In this document: positions 20,159 to 30,003 of the stretch, in pieces
Layout of the letters: the number at the start of each line of letters is the position of its first letter
How positions within the stretch are numbered: position 1 is the stretch's first letter
From: an uncultured Chloroflexia bacterium
GTDB taxonomy: Bacteria; Chloroflexota; Chloroflexia; Thermomicrobiales; UBA6265
Length of the DNA stretch: 64,000 nucleotides
Reading direction: 5' to 3'
Assembly: GCA_963741965.1 (NCBI GenBank)
Contig: CAVUKC010000001.1
Coordinates: 179,008-243,007 of the forward strand
Notes under the pieces: generated by a model
Seen by the model: only the letters and a program-made list of their open reading frames with translations
What the model was told of the DNA's origin: nothing
Database searches by the model: none
Translations under genes and position numbers: made by a program

Positions 20159-21445
20159 ATGCCGCCTGAATCCCTCAGTCCCGCCGGAGACCTGCTCGCC
20201 GATTTCGCCACCGACCTGGACGAGGTGCGGTCGATTCTGGTGCCGGGCGGGAGCGCGGCGCTGCTCGACGAGCTGGCGATGCTTCATCCGGAGGCGACGA
20301 TTCACTGGTTGCCGGTTGACGCGCGCGAGCTGCCCGGCCCGACTGGCAACGTCGTGCTGCACGATGATCCGGCTCTGCCCGGTGTCAAGGCTGGCTCGGT
20401 TGACCTCGTGGCCATCGAGGTGACCGGTGACCGCGATCTCGCCCGAAGGTGGATCGCACTGGCGCGGGAGACGGTGCGGCCGGGTGGGGTGGTGCTGATT
20501 GCGGGGGCGAACGACGCCGGCATCCGTAGCGCAATCGGTGATGCGCGTGACGCGATCGGGCTCTCGGTCGTCGAGGACTTCCGCCGGCGGAGCCGGGTGG
20601 CGCACATCGCGATGCCTCCGGTGCTGCCCGCGCCGCCGGCGTGGGCGATGGAGCCCGGCATCGCCCCGGGCACGTGGGGCCATCTCACGGTGGCGGAGGC
20701 GGGCGCGGAGGACATCGTCTTCTCGACCGTGCCCGGTGTCTTCTCGGCAGACCGGCTGGATGACGGCACCGCGCTGCTGCTGGACCATCTCGACGTCCCG
20801 GACGGCGCCTCCGTGCTCGACGTCGGCTGTGGCGCCGGGGTGATAGGCGTCATCGCGGCCGTGCGGGGGGCCGGGTCGGTGACGATGACCGACGTCAGCC
20901 TGCTCGCGGTCGCGGCGGCGCGGCGAAATGCGTCGCTGGCCGACGCTCCGGTGGAGGTGCTTGCCGGGGATGTCTACGGCGCGGTGGAGGGGCGCCGGTT
21001 CGATCTGATCGTCAGCAACCCGCCGTTCCACCAGGGCAAGGTGGTGGACTACGACATGCCGCAGCGGCTCATCGCCGAGGCGGCGGAGCACCTGAACCCG
21101 GGCGGGCGGCTGGTGATCGTCGCCAATGCGTTCCTGCCGTACGACCGGCTGATGCGCGAGCACCTCGGCGAGGTCGATGTGGTCGCCAGGAACGCGGCAG
21201 TACCGCGTGCTGGCCGCGACGAGATGACCCCGGGGGTGATTGCGATTGCCGAAGGTCGCGATGCCGGTAGGCCCGGGCCTCCGTGCCCGGGCGCGACATC
21301 CTCGACAGTGAGTGATTCATTGCATCATCACTGCCTGCCATTTCGAGCCCCCCACCTATTCAACTCCGACCCTTCGGGCCGTCGCCCAGGGCGGGCTCGG
21401 GCAGGCCCGCCGGGCGGGCGGCGGACGATTGCGCCGGACATGTGA
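20159..21445 (+). CDS. rsmC: RsmC-like 16S rRNA (guanine-N2) methyltransferase; the C-terminus is probably frameshifted near 21197 (true stop likely 21227)
   Basis: VLDVGCGAGV and LIVSNPPFHQG motifs. After VVARNA the +1 frame reads QYRVLAATR-stop, matching E. coli ENGRFKVYRA. The annotated frame instead runs through repeat B. Confidence 0.7.
   Translation: MPPESLSPAGDLLADFATDLDEVRSILVPGGSAALLDELAMLHPEATIHWLPVDARELPGPTGNVVLHDDPALPGVKAGSVDLVAIEVTGDRDLARRWIALARETVRPGGVVLIAGANDAGIRSAIGDARDAIGLSVVEDFRRRSRVAHIAMPPVLPAPPAWAMEPGIAPGTWGHLTVAEAGAEDIVFSTVPGVFSADRLDDGTALLLDHLDVPDGASVLDVGCGAGVIGVIAAVRGAGSVTMTDVSLLAVAAARRNASLADAPVEVLAGDVYGAVEGRRFDLIVSNPPFHQGKVVDYDMPQRLIAEAAEHLNPGGRLVIVANAFLPYDRLMREHLGEVDVVARNAAVPRAGRDEMTPGVIAIAEGRDAGRPGPPCPGATSSTVSDSLHHHCLPFRAPHLFNSDPSGRRPGRARAGPPGGRRTIAPDM
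21266..21292. repeat. Repeat family B, copy 3
   Basis: ggtaggcccgggcctccgtgcccgggcg. Confidence 0.8.
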
Positions 21446-21530
21446 GACCGCGTGGTGCTAGGATGATTTTCGAGGGCAACCTCGCGGATTCCCTGCAACT
21501 CACTCGCCGTGACGACCCGGAACGACTCGC

Positions 21531-22178
21531 ATGCCGACGACCGCGACCCTGATCGCTTTCGCCGCCGCCGCGCTGGCGCTGGTGGTGATCCCCGGACCGA
21601 ACCTGATCTACATCATCACCCGGGGCATCCAGCAGGGTCGCCGGGCCGCGATTGTGTCGTCGTTGGGCGTGCAGGCCGGCATGGTGGTGCACACCATCCT
21701 CGCCGCGCTCGGGCTCAGCGCGCTGGTGGCGTCGTCGCCGGTGCTCTATGACGTGCTGAAGTACGCAGGTGCGGCCTACCTGCTGTGGATGGGCGTCTCG
21801 CTGCTGCGCAGGCGGCAGGCAACGGTCGATCCCTCGGTGCAGATGCGGCCGGCGTCGATGCGACGCCTGTTCATCAACGGCATGGTGACCAACCTGCTCA
21901 ATCCCAAGGTGATCCTCTTCGTGCTGGCGCTGCTGCCGCAGTTCGTCGATCCGGCGCGTGGCTCAACGGCGCTGCAGATGCTGGTGCTCGGCGGCGTGCT
22001 GATCCTGGTGGCGGTGGTGAGCGACGGTGCCTACGCGCTGGCGAGCGGCTCGATCGGGGTATGGCTGCAGCGGCATCCGGGCTCGGACGCGCACCGCGAG
22101 CGGGCATCGGGGCTGGTCTACCTGCTGCTGGGGCTGGTGGTGGCGCTGACGGGATCGAGCTCGGCGAAGGCCGCGTAG
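21531..22178 (+). CDS. LysE/RhtB-family amino-acid exporter
   Basis: 215 aa. N-terminal VIPGPN motif and 5-6 hydrophobic helices typical of LysE translocators. Confidence 0.8.
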   Translation: MPTTATLIAFAAAALALVVIPGPNLIYIITRGIQQGRRAAIVSSLGVQAGMVVHTILAALGLSALVASSPVLYDVLKYAGAAYLLWMGVSLLRRRQATVDPSVQMRPASMRRLFINGMVTNLLNPKVILFVLALLPQFVDPARGSTALQMLVLGGVLILVAVVSDGAYALASGSIGVWLQRHPGSDAHRERASGLVYLLLGLVVALTGSSSAKAA

Positions 22179-22212
22179 GGCATCTCCGGCGATCGCATCG
22201 CGGCGTGGACGT

Positions 22213-22254
22213 CGTAACGCCGCCCAGAGGAGGCGGCGTTACGACCGTGTTTTG
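22213..22254 (+). terminator. Rho-independent-type terminator after the LysE gene (between convergent genes)
   Basis: 12-bp perfect stem cgtaacgccgcc / ggcggcgttacg with a 7-nt loop, followed by accgtgtttt. Confidence 0.6.
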
Positions 22255-22288
22255 ACACCAGCGCCCGTGCCCGACGTCTTCGTGCCAG

Positions 22289-23632
22289 CTACCGCACGGT
22301 GTCGGGGAGCGCCGGCAGGCGCCAAACGTTGCCCGAACCGGCCTCGGCGACGACGGCGACGCCGCTCGACCGGCCCTCCATCTCGAACTTTCCGAAGTCC
22401 ACGACCCACAGCGAGCCGTCCTGCGGGTTGAAGCGCACGTCGATCGGCCGGTGGAGCTGCTCCGTGGTCAGCACCCGTTGGGTCCAGTCGCTGGTGTTCA
22501 CCACGACCAGCGCGCGGCCGACGGTCGGGTGGCCCGGCGCGGCGGTCATCGGGGTCTCGTCGCCGAACAGCGCGGCGACCAGGCGACCGCCGTCCGAAGC
22601 GGGATCGACATCGAACTTGGTCGAGGCTGTGTGCGAGGTGAACTCGACCAGCGGCACCTCCGGCTCCGGCAGCTCGTCGTGATTGGCGAGGATGAAGGTC
22701 GGCGGGTCTCCCGTCTCGGGGATGAAACGCGCGTCGGTGATGGGAATGCCGCCCATGAAATCCGGCCATCCGTACCACGCGCCCGGCTTGATCTCCCAGA
22801 GATAGTCCGGCACGTTGGCGACCGGTCGGCTGCCGCGGTCATCGGCACCCTGGTCCATCGCCAGCAGGCGGCCGTCCGGCAGGAAGCGCAGACCAAAGGC
22901 GTTGCGCACGCCCCAGGCGACCATCTCCATCTCCGAGCCGTCCGGGTTCGCCCGCATGATTGCCGACGTGGCTGGCGCCTGACCCGGGATGCGCCTGCCC
23001 TGCTCAACCGTCTCGCCGAACTGGGAGTAGGGGCCGGTGGTGAGCGTCGCGTCGGGGTCGTCCGAGAACGGGTCCCTCGTGGTCACGCGGACGTCGTTCA
23101 GCGCGATGTCGTAGCCGGGGATGTCGACGCTGTGGGGCAGCTTCCTGAGCCAGCCCATGGCGAGCGCATCGAGACCGACGAGACCGGTGTTGGTCATCGC
23201 GCCCTGGCCCCAGTACATCTTGCCGTCCGGCCCGAAGGCGACCTCGCCGGTGTGGTAGTTGCCACCGCCGGGGAGGTTATCCAGCACGGAGCTGACCTCA
23301 CCGGTCGCTGGGTCGAGCCGGTCGATGCGACCGGGGTTGCTGCCCTGCGAGACCCATAGCGCGCTGTCGTGCCAGGTGAGACCGGTGAGCGGGAAGCCGA
23401 GGTTCCCGGCGACGAGGGAGCGCTCGCCGTCCGGTGTCAGCTTCCAGATCGACGCGCCGGGCTTGCTGCCGCCAAAGGGCAGGCCGGTCTCGCCGACATA
23501 GGCGTTGCCGGCATCGTCGAAGGCGAGGCTGCTCGGGAAGGCGAACCCTCCCGCGACCTGCTCAAGGTTGTCGATCGTTCCGGCGGTGGAGAGGTCCTGG
23601 GTCCAGGTCACGATTGAAACTCCGTGGTGCAT
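22289..23632 (-). CDS. Beta-propeller protein, PQQ-dependent sugar (glucose/sorbosone) dehydrogenase-like
   Basis: Repeated blade-like segments, GWPDFMGG and FGPDGKMYWGQG motifs. The start is taken at the internal MHHGVS. Confidence 0.55.
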   Translation of the reverse strand: MHHGVSIVTWTQDLSTAGTIDNLEQVAGGFAFPSSLAFDDAGNAYVGETGLPFGGSKPGASIWKLTPDGERSLVAGNLGFPLTGLTWHDSALWVSQGSNPGRIDRLDPATGEVSSVLDNLPGGGNYHTGEVAFGPDGKMYWGQGAMTNTGLVGLDALAMGWLRKLPHSVDIPGYDIALNDVRVTTRDPFSDDPDATLTTGPYSQFGETVEQGRRIPGQAPATSAIMRANPDGSEMEMVAWGVRNAFGLRFLPDGRLLAMDQGADDRGSRPVANVPDYLWEIKPGAWYGWPDFMGGIPITDARFIPETGDPPTFILANHDELPEPEVPLVEFTSHTASTKFDVDPASDGGRLVAALFGDETPMTAAPGHPTVGRALVVVNTSDWTQRVLTTEQLHRPIDVRFNPQDGSLWVVDFGKFEMEGRSSGVAVVAEAGSGNVWRLPALPDTVR

Positions 23633-23700
23633 GGTGCGAGTCCCTGCATGCGTGGTGCACGCGGGCACATCCTACACCGTTCTCACGACGTTTCTCTACA

Positions 23701-24363
23701 TCATGTCGAGGAAGTGGTGGGTTCGTCGGCGGTGCCGGCGAAGCGGGACTCCAGCCTGCGCGCCACCAGCCAGGTCAGCCCGGCAAGCAGGATAACGCCC
23801 GCCAGCACGAGGAACCCGCTGCCGAGGTCGGTGGTGAAGGCGCCCGTGATCGCGTAGACGATCGCCGCCGGCAGCACGCCGATGAACGAGCCGGCAAGCG
23901 CCCGCTGCCAGCTGATCGCGGTGGTGCCGACCATGACGGAGACGGTCTCGGCGAGGATCGGCATCGGGCGGCTGACGATGATGGCGAGGACGCCCCAGCG
24001 GGCGAGGAGCGCGTCCGCCTGTCGCTGCTCCGCCGGGGAGATGAAGCGCCGGATCAGGCCGGCGCCCCGGCGGCCGACGAGGAAGCCGATCATGGCGCCG
24101 CCGACCGCGCCGACGAGCGTGGCGGCGGTGCCACCGACGACGCCGAACATGGCGCCGTTGGCGATCATGATCACGCTCGACGGCACGGGGATGAAGACGT
24201 CCGCCCAGAGCAGCGCCACGCCGATGACGCCGCCGAGAAGACCGGCGCGCTCCAGCTGTTCGGAGGGGTCGACGAGCAGCGGCACGTCGAGTGCCTCCAC
24301 GACGACGAAGCTGACGAGGATCAGCAGCGCGAGGCCGATCGCGAATGTGAAATAGGTGCGCAT
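23701..24363 (-). CDS. DedA/VTT (SNARE-associated) family membrane protein
   Basis: 220 aa from MRTYFTF. FIPVPSSVIMIANGAMFG and SRPMPILAE motifs. Confidence 0.7.
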   Translation of the reverse strand: MRTYFTFAIGLALLILVSFVVVEALDVPLLVDPSEQLERAGLLGGVIGVALLWADVFIPVPSSVIMIANGAMFGVVGGTAATLVGAVGGAMIGFLVGRRGAGLIRRFISPAEQRQADALLARWGVLAIIVSRPMPILAETVSVMVGTTAISWQRALAGSFIGVLPAAIVYAITGAFTTDLGSGFLVLAGVILLAGLTWLVARRLESRFAGTADEPTTSST

Positions 24364-24389
24364 CGGGAATCCTGGCGTGTTGCGGGCAG

Positions 24390-24977
24390 TCAGGTGGTAG
24401 GGGTGGCCGGGCTCGTCCACTTCGCGGCGGCGGTCGGGCGCCACCCCGCCATGCGGTCGAGCAGGTCCCCCGGTGACTCGGACTCGATGATCTGGCTGCG
24501 GTGCTCGGCGCGAACGAAGCCGGCCTCGACGCTGTGGTCGAAGAAGCTGCGGAGCGCGTCGAAGTAGCCGTTCGCATCGAGCATGCCGACGGGCTTGGCG
24601 TGGTAGCCGAGCTGCGCCCACGTGACGATCTCGCAGAACTCATCGAGCGTGCCGAATCCCCCCGGAAGCGCGATGAATCCCTCCGAGAGCCGCTCCATCT
24701 CCGCCTTGCGCTCGTGCATCGAGCCGGTGATGTGAAGCTCGGTCAGCCCGGCGTGCGCGATCTCGCGGTCGACCAGCGCGCGTGGCATCACGCCGAGGAC
24801 CTCCCCGCCGGCGGCCAGCGCGGTATCGGCGATCACGCTCATCAGGCCGACCTGGCCGCCGCCGTAGACGAGCGTGATGCCGCGACGGGCGATCTCGGTG
24901 GCGAGGCGGGCGGCGACGTCGGCATAGGCGGGATCGTTGCCCATGCTGGACGCGCAGAAGACGCAGACGGATTTCAC
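24390..24977 (-). CDS. LOG-family (TIGR00730) nucleotide 5'-monophosphate nucleosidase
   Basis: [10 protein letters not shown] and PGGFGTLDE signature motifs. GTG start with ggagaa RBS 5 nt upstream. Confidence 0.85.
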   Translation of the reverse strand: MKSVCVFCASSMGNDPAYADVAARLATEIARRGITLVYGGGQVGLMSVIADTALAAGGEVLGVMPRALVDREIAHAGLTELHITGSMHERKAEMERLSEGFIALPGGFGTLDEFCEIVTWAQLGYHAKPVGMLDANGYFDALRSFFDHSVEAGFVRAEHRSQIIESESPGDLLDRMAGWRPTAAAKWTSPATPTT

Positions 24978-25113
24978 GACGTTTCTCCAGATCGATAGGG
25001 CGATGGCCGTTCCGGCTCCCAGTGTCGCCGTTCGCGGGTGCCGGTGCCAGTGGCGCGACGGCGCGGGATGTATGATACGGCTCCAACCGTGCCGACCGGG
25101 GAGTGAGCCCGCC

Positions 25114-25795
25114 ATGGCGTCATGGCTCCGAGGACATGCCCGACACCAGCGCTTCCGGGACCGGATCGACGCCGGCGAGCAGCTCGCCGCCAGGCTGGTG
25201 CCGCGCGCGGACGGCACCGCGCTGGTGCTGGGACTGCCGCGCGGCGGCGTGCCGGTGGCGGCGGAGGTCGCGCGGGCCCTCAACGCCGAGCTGGACGTGC
25301 TGGTTGCGCGGAAGGTCGGCGCGCCGCGGACAGCCGGAGCTGGCGGTGGGCGCCGTCACCGCGGATGGTGGTGTCTACCTCGACACGCGGCTCATCGAGC
25401 AGCTCGGCATCTCGCCTGAGGTGCTGGAGGAACGGATTTCCCGGGAGCGGCAGGTCGCCGAGCAGCGCGAGCGGCGATTCCGCGGGGAGCGGCCATATCC
25501 GAAGCTCGAGCGGCGCACCGTGATCCTCGTTGACGACGGGCTCGCGACGGGCGCGACGATGCAGGCCGCCGTGCACGCGGTGCGCAAGCGCCATCCTCAC
25601 CGGCTGGTGGTGGCCGTGCCGGTCGGGTCGCGCTCAGCCGTCGATGCGATCGGGCGTGAGGTGGACGAGGTTATCTGCCTGGAGGTGCGCACTCGATTTC
25701 AGGCAGTTGGGCTGTACTACGAGGACTTCCGCCCCACCCCGGACGCCGAGGTGGAGGCGCTGCTGCGCCAGTTCCGGGGCTATTCGCCAGCCTGA
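25114..25795 (+). pseudogene. Phosphoribosyltransferase-domain protein, +1 frameshift near 25327
   Basis: Frame 1: [12 protein letters not shown]...[14 protein letters not shown]...VARKVGAP. Frame 2 continues [11 protein letters not shown]...VILVDDGLATGATM. The span is 682 nt (1 mod 3). Confidence 0.8.
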
Positions 25796-26295
25796 CGCCA
25801 CGCGAGCGGCGGGCCACCCTCACCGGTGACCGGGTTGGTGTGCGGCAGTGGGACCGCGGCGATGCGCTCGTCCGCGCCCGGCCGATCGGCGGCGTCGCCG
25901 CGGAGGATGTCCGGCTGCTGGCCCGGTGGGTACGCGCCGATCACCAGCAGATCCCTGGATTGTCCCTGGTTGCAGTGCGAGGTGCCCGCCGGCAGCAGCA
26001 CGATGTCGCCGGCGTAGAGCTCGACGGAGGTTCCCTTCGGACCGCCGAGCAGGACATCGACGCTGCCCCGGGCGACGCCGAGCACCTCGTGGGCGGTGGA
26101 GTGGAAGTGGTTGAAGGTGAAGATGCCGTTTCGCCACACGCTGGTCCAGCCATTGGCTCGGAAGCAGAGCTCGATCGCGGTGTCGAAGTCGTCGTCGGTG
26201 AGCACCGCGCCCCGCCATAGCAGCACCGGGAGGCGGCTGTTCGGGAAGGTGCCGTCGTCTTCGAGATGGATCAGCGCAGGCGAGATGTCGGACAT
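25780..26295 (-). CDS. Cupin-domain protein (YjlB-like)
   Basis: 171 aa from MSDISPAL. FHSTAHEVLGVARG ... GDIVLLPAGTSH is a cupin motif pair. Confidence 0.65.
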   Translation of the reverse strand: MSDISPALIHLEDDGTFPNSRLPVLLWRGAVLTDDDFDTAIELCFRANGWTSVWRNGIFTFNHFHSTAHEVLGVARGSVDVLLGGPKGTSVELYAGDIVLLPAGTSHCNQGQSRDLLVIGAYPPGQQPDILRGDAADRPGADERIAAVPLPHTNPVTGEGGPPLAWRQAGE

Positions 26296-26518
26296 GGCCC
26301 TGCCTTCGTCACGGCAAGAGGTCGATAGGTGAGAGACAGTCGCAAACCGCCTGCCACGATTGATGCTGCCGGCGACCCACCTGGCCGACTGGAGCCGTCG
26401 CACGTGGCGGGCCCGCGCCCTCACCGGCTGAGGGAGACAGCACGTATTGGCGTAGGTCCGGGTTCGATGTGAAGAGCTCGCCCACGGAGAGGTGACCCAG
26501 CTCAAGATAGTGTGCGTG

Positions 26519-27478
26519 TCAGGCGAACGCCGTGTTCTCCCGGCCCTTGAGCTGGAGCATCTCCCGCGCCTCGTCCGGCGTGGCGACGTCCAGCGAGAGC
26601 TCGGCGAGGATGCGCCGGATCTTGGCGACCTGATCGGCGTTGGACTCCGCCAGCTTCCCCTTCTCGAGATAGATGTTGTCCTCCAGCCCGACGCGGGTGT
26701 TGCCGCCCATGATCGCGCCCATCGTGACGAGGTTGGTCTGATGCCGCCCGGCGCCGAGGATCGACCAGATGTAGTTCTCGCGCCCGACGAGCCGGTCCAG
26801 CGTGCGACGCATGTGGAGCAGGTCTTCCGGGTCGGTGCCGATGCCGCCGAGGATGCCGAAGATCGACTGCACGAAGATGGGCGGCTTGATCATCCCGCGT
26901 TCGAGGAAGTGGGCGAGGTTGTAGACATGCCCAATGTCGTAGCACTCGAACTCGAAGCGCGTGCCGTGTGCCTCGCCGAGCTCGGTGAGGAACCGCTCGA
27001 TGTCCTCAAAGGTGTTCTTGAAGATGCCGCCACGCGTGCCTTCGAGGTAGGGCTCCTCCCAGTCGTAGGTGTACTCGGTGATGCGGTTCTTCATCGGGAA
27101 GAGCCCGAAGTTGATTGAGCCCATGTTGAGCGAGCACATCTCCGGCTGGAATCGCTTCGGCCCGCGCAGGCGGTCGTCGACCGACATCGTCAGCCCGCCG
27201 CCGGTGGTCATGTTGATGACCGCGTCGGTGCCGGCGTGGATCTTCGGAAGGAACTGCCCCCACACATCCGGCTCGGGCGTCGGCTCGCCGGTCGCCGGGT
27301 TGCGGGCGTGGAGATGCAGGATGGCCGCGCCGGCCTCGGCCGCGCCGATCGCGGACGCGGCGATCTGGTCTGGCGTGATCGGCAGGTGGGGCGTCTGCGA
27401 CGGGACGTGGATCCCGCCGGTGATGGCACAGGAGATGATGACCTTGCGGTTGGGCGACGGCATCGGGCGCTCCTTCAT
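26519..27478 (-). CDS. 3-keto-5-aminohexanoate cleavage enzyme family (BKACE/DUF849)
   Basis: VIISCAITGGIH, ILHLHARNP and NMTTGGG motifs characteristic of BKACE. Confidence 0.8.
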   Translation of the reverse strand: MKERPMPSPNRKVIISCAITGGIHVPSQTPHLPITPDQIAASAIGAAEAGAAILHLHARNPATGEPTPEPDVWGQFLPKIHAGTDAVINMTTGGGLTMSVDDRLRGPKRFQPEMCSLNMGSINFGLFPMKNRITEYTYDWEEPYLEGTRGGIFKNTFEDIERFLTELGEAHGTRFEFECYDIGHVYNLAHFLERGMIKPPIFVQSIFGILGGIGTDPEDLLHMRRTLDRLVGRENYIWSILGAGRHQTNLVTMGAIMGGNTRVGLEDNIYLEKGKLAESNADQVAKIRRILAELSLDVATPDEAREMLQLKGRENTAFA

Positions 27479-27548
27479 GGGCGATCAGGCTGCGTTGGTG
27501 CCCAGATGGTAGCCGATGCCGTCGGTCCGGGCGAGGGCATGCGCTGGC

Positions 27549-28406
27549 TCATGCCCGCCTGACGGTGGCATGCCACAGCCCGTGGGCGCGAATCGCCTGG
27601 TCGAGCACATCGCATAGGTCATCGATGACGGGGAGCACCTCGCCGGATTTGAGGTCACCAGCCGCGCGCAGCAACGACCGCACCAGCGGCTCGAACCCTT
27701 CGGGTGCCGCGTCGCCGAGCCGGGCGACATGGCCCAGCAGGCGCTTCTCGCCGGGATGCAGTGACCGGGCGAGTGCGAAGACGATGTCGAACGCGCTTGC
27801 GAGCAGCGACGAGACGCGATGGTTGACGCTGACCGGATCGTCCCGCATCAGTGCGAGCTCGATCTGATGCCGGTAGGAGGAGCGCGCCGTGCGGAGGACA
27901 GGGTGGTTCCACGCGACGATGTTTCGCCGGAGCTGCTCCGGGTACGGGGTGTCGGCGAGGGCGCGCATGGACGCCAGCCAGCCGTCACGGTCGTACGCCG
28001 GATGCGCGTGCCGGAGCGTATGCCAAAAGGCGGTGGAGTAGCCGAGCGACGGGCGATGGCGCTCGATGACGTCGCGAATCGTCGTCTCGAACCATGCACG
28101 GTCGAAGTACGCGATGTCGACCGTGACGCCGCTCGTCGCGTCGGCCCACTCGTCGGCGAGTCCGAACCACGGGTTGCCGATCTCCGGGTTCGGGTCGAAC
28201 CGGGTCGCCAGCGAGCGGCGCAGCTCGCTCGGTACCTCACCGTCGATGAACACCTCGAGGTCGACATCGGAAGCGTGGTCGTCGCTCGCCGACGCCCGCG
28301 ATCCACCGAGCGTGATTGCGACCACGGTGGGATGCCGGGCGAGGGTATCGATGGCGACCCTCACGGCGGCCGGCATGGCAGCGTCATTTTCCATCACCGG
28401 TCCCAT
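27549..28406 (-). CDS. Nucleotidyltransferase-domain protein with a helical C-terminal domain (DUF4037-like)
   Basis: LGGSRASASDDHASDVDLEVF matches the pol-beta NTase GS...DxD motif. Confidence 0.65.
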   Translation of the reverse strand: MGPVMENDAAMPAAVRVAIDTLARHPTVVAITLGGSRASASDDHASDVDLEVFIDGEVPSELRRSLATRFDPNPEIGNPWFGLADEWADATSGVTVDIAYFDRAWFETTIRDVIERHRPSLGYSTAFWHTLRHAHPAYDRDGWLASMRALADTPYPEQLRRNIVAWNHPVLRTARSSYRHQIELALMRDDPVSVNHRVSSLLASAFDIVFALARSLHPGEKRLLGHVARLGDAAPEGFEPLVRSLLRAAGDLKSGEVLPVIDDLCDVLDQAIRAHGLWHATVRRA

Positions 28407-28587
28407 CTCTCGCCTCCCTCGAACCCCAGGTTCAACGTCTTTCCGTGTTGGCTGCCGGCAGGCGGGGGTTCAGCAGTACCGCATCCACTGATACGGCCTC
28501 GCGCCAGGTTGTTGTGCCAGAAGAACACATGTTCTATGATCGGTGGACGGAGACATGGCAGACATCATACGAAGCGGGGAGGATGCT

Positions 28588-29769
28588 ATGCAACGGGTCT
28601 TTCGCGTGGTGGACACGAGGGAATTGTCACCCAAGGGGGTGAAGACGACGGGCCGATTCAATCGAAGTATCGGGCGCTTCGGCGTGCTCAATCCCGTCCT
28701 GCTTGCGGAGGTACCTGATGAGGACGGGGTGATCCAGCTTCATATTCTCGACGGCAACCGTCGAGTTCGGGCGGCTCGGGCCTCGCGGCTTTCGAAGGTA
28801 CCCGCCGTGGTGTTGAAGGAGACTACGCTGCTCGATCGCGCGCGCTTGACCCTGATCTGCAACTTCATGCGGTCGAGCAACTTCCATACAGAGTCTCTGG
28901 CGATCACCATGCTCGGGGGATCTGAGGAGGCGATCGGGCAGGCAGCCGGGGAGATTGGTCTCGGGCCCATGAAGATGCAGCAGCTGTATCGGAAAATCAC
29001 CTCCATGCCCGAAGCGGTGCGACAGGCGATGTACGAGCATCGCATCCCTGTGACCGGGGCCACCTGGGTCGGAGGCTGGCCCGATGATCTGCAGGCAGAG
29101 GTGGTGGAGACGCTCGCACGGCGCAGGCACCTCAACACCCCCGCGCTCAAGGCGATGAAGGCGTCATATGACGCGCGATTTCCCGGTTCGGCCGCACCAG
29201 TGGAGGACGGAGCCGGCAATCAGCGCGTGGATGGATGGCTCGAGGACGACGCTGTCGGTCTCGAGGTCGAGATTCCTCTTCCCGCCCCGACCTTCGTGGA
29301 TCCATCCCGCGCAGCCGTCAGCTCCGTCGAGCCGGAGCCGGGCACGACCGCCCCTGCGACGGTCGTCGCGGGTTCGCTCACATCGGATCCGGGAACGATC
29401 GTCAGACCATTTCCGGCCCCGATGAGCCGGCCCGCTGGGTCTGAGACGGCGGCAGCGACGCCGCCCACGGTTGTGCCGGTAGGGGCCGTGGAGCCGGTGC
29501 CTGTTCCGCCCGAAGAACTGCCCGCGGAAGCGCGGCGGCCGAGTGACGAGCCTCCGCAGCAGCCGGTGGTACGAGAGCATGCGGCGGGGATGATACCTGC
29601 TCGGGCAGCCGGCGATGCCTTCCTGGCTCGGCTCGACGCTGAGCTGCTGCGGCTGGCGCAGGAGACGATCGTTCAGGAGCTTCCGCGTGCGGTCTGGATT
29701 GATCGCGCCATGCGCGCCTGGAATCGCGCGGAGAACACGGGCGACTTCCACCTGTCCGCCACTCGCTGA
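28588..29769 (+). CDS. ParB/Srx N-terminal-domain protein, paralog 1, with a long Pro/Thr/Ala-rich insert
   Basis: MQRVFRVVDT..., SIGRFGVLNPVLL, ILDGNRRVRAA and KVPAVVL match the ParB N-domain pattern. Start at 28588 with ggggagga RBS. Paralog at 39302-40075. Confidence 0.7.
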   Translation: MQRVFRVVDTRELSPKGVKTTGRFNRSIGRFGVLNPVLLAEVPDEDGVIQLHILDGNRRVRAARASRLSKVPAVVLKETTLLDRARLTLICNFMRSSNFHTESLAITMLGGSEEAIGQAAGEIGLGPMKMQQLYRKITSMPEAVRQAMYEHRIPVTGATWVGGWPDDLQAEVVETLARRRHLNTPALKAMKASYDARFPGSAAPVEDGAGNQRVDGWLEDDAVGLEVEIPLPAPTFVDPSRAAVSSVEPEPGTTAPATVVAGSLTSDPGTIVRPFPAPMSRPAGSETAAATPPTVVPVGAVEPVPVPPEELPAEARRPSDEPPQQPVVREHAAGMIPARAAGDAFLARLDAELLRLAQETIVQELPRAVWIDRAMRAWNRAENTGDFHLSATR

Positions 29770-30003
29770 TACCGGGGCGCGCAGGGCGGACGGCCGACGT
29801 GTCAACCCCTTGAGGGGCCAGGAACGGCGTGTCGAATCGGGGCGATCTCGCTTGCGGTGTCGGGATCGTGTGGTAGGTTCGGGGGCGAACCACGACGATT
29901 TCGATCCCTGGCTCGCCTGGCTGGGCAATCCGATTGCCAGTGGGGCCGTGCGCGGCGGGATTCCGCGCGCATGTGCCAGGGACATGTGAGGGAGAACACC
30001 ATC

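Noticed and set aside
25780-25795. 16-nt convergent overlap of the phosphoribosyltransferase and cupin gene ends.
   Set aside because: Short tail-to-tail overlaps are common in compact high-GC genomes. I found no further structure.
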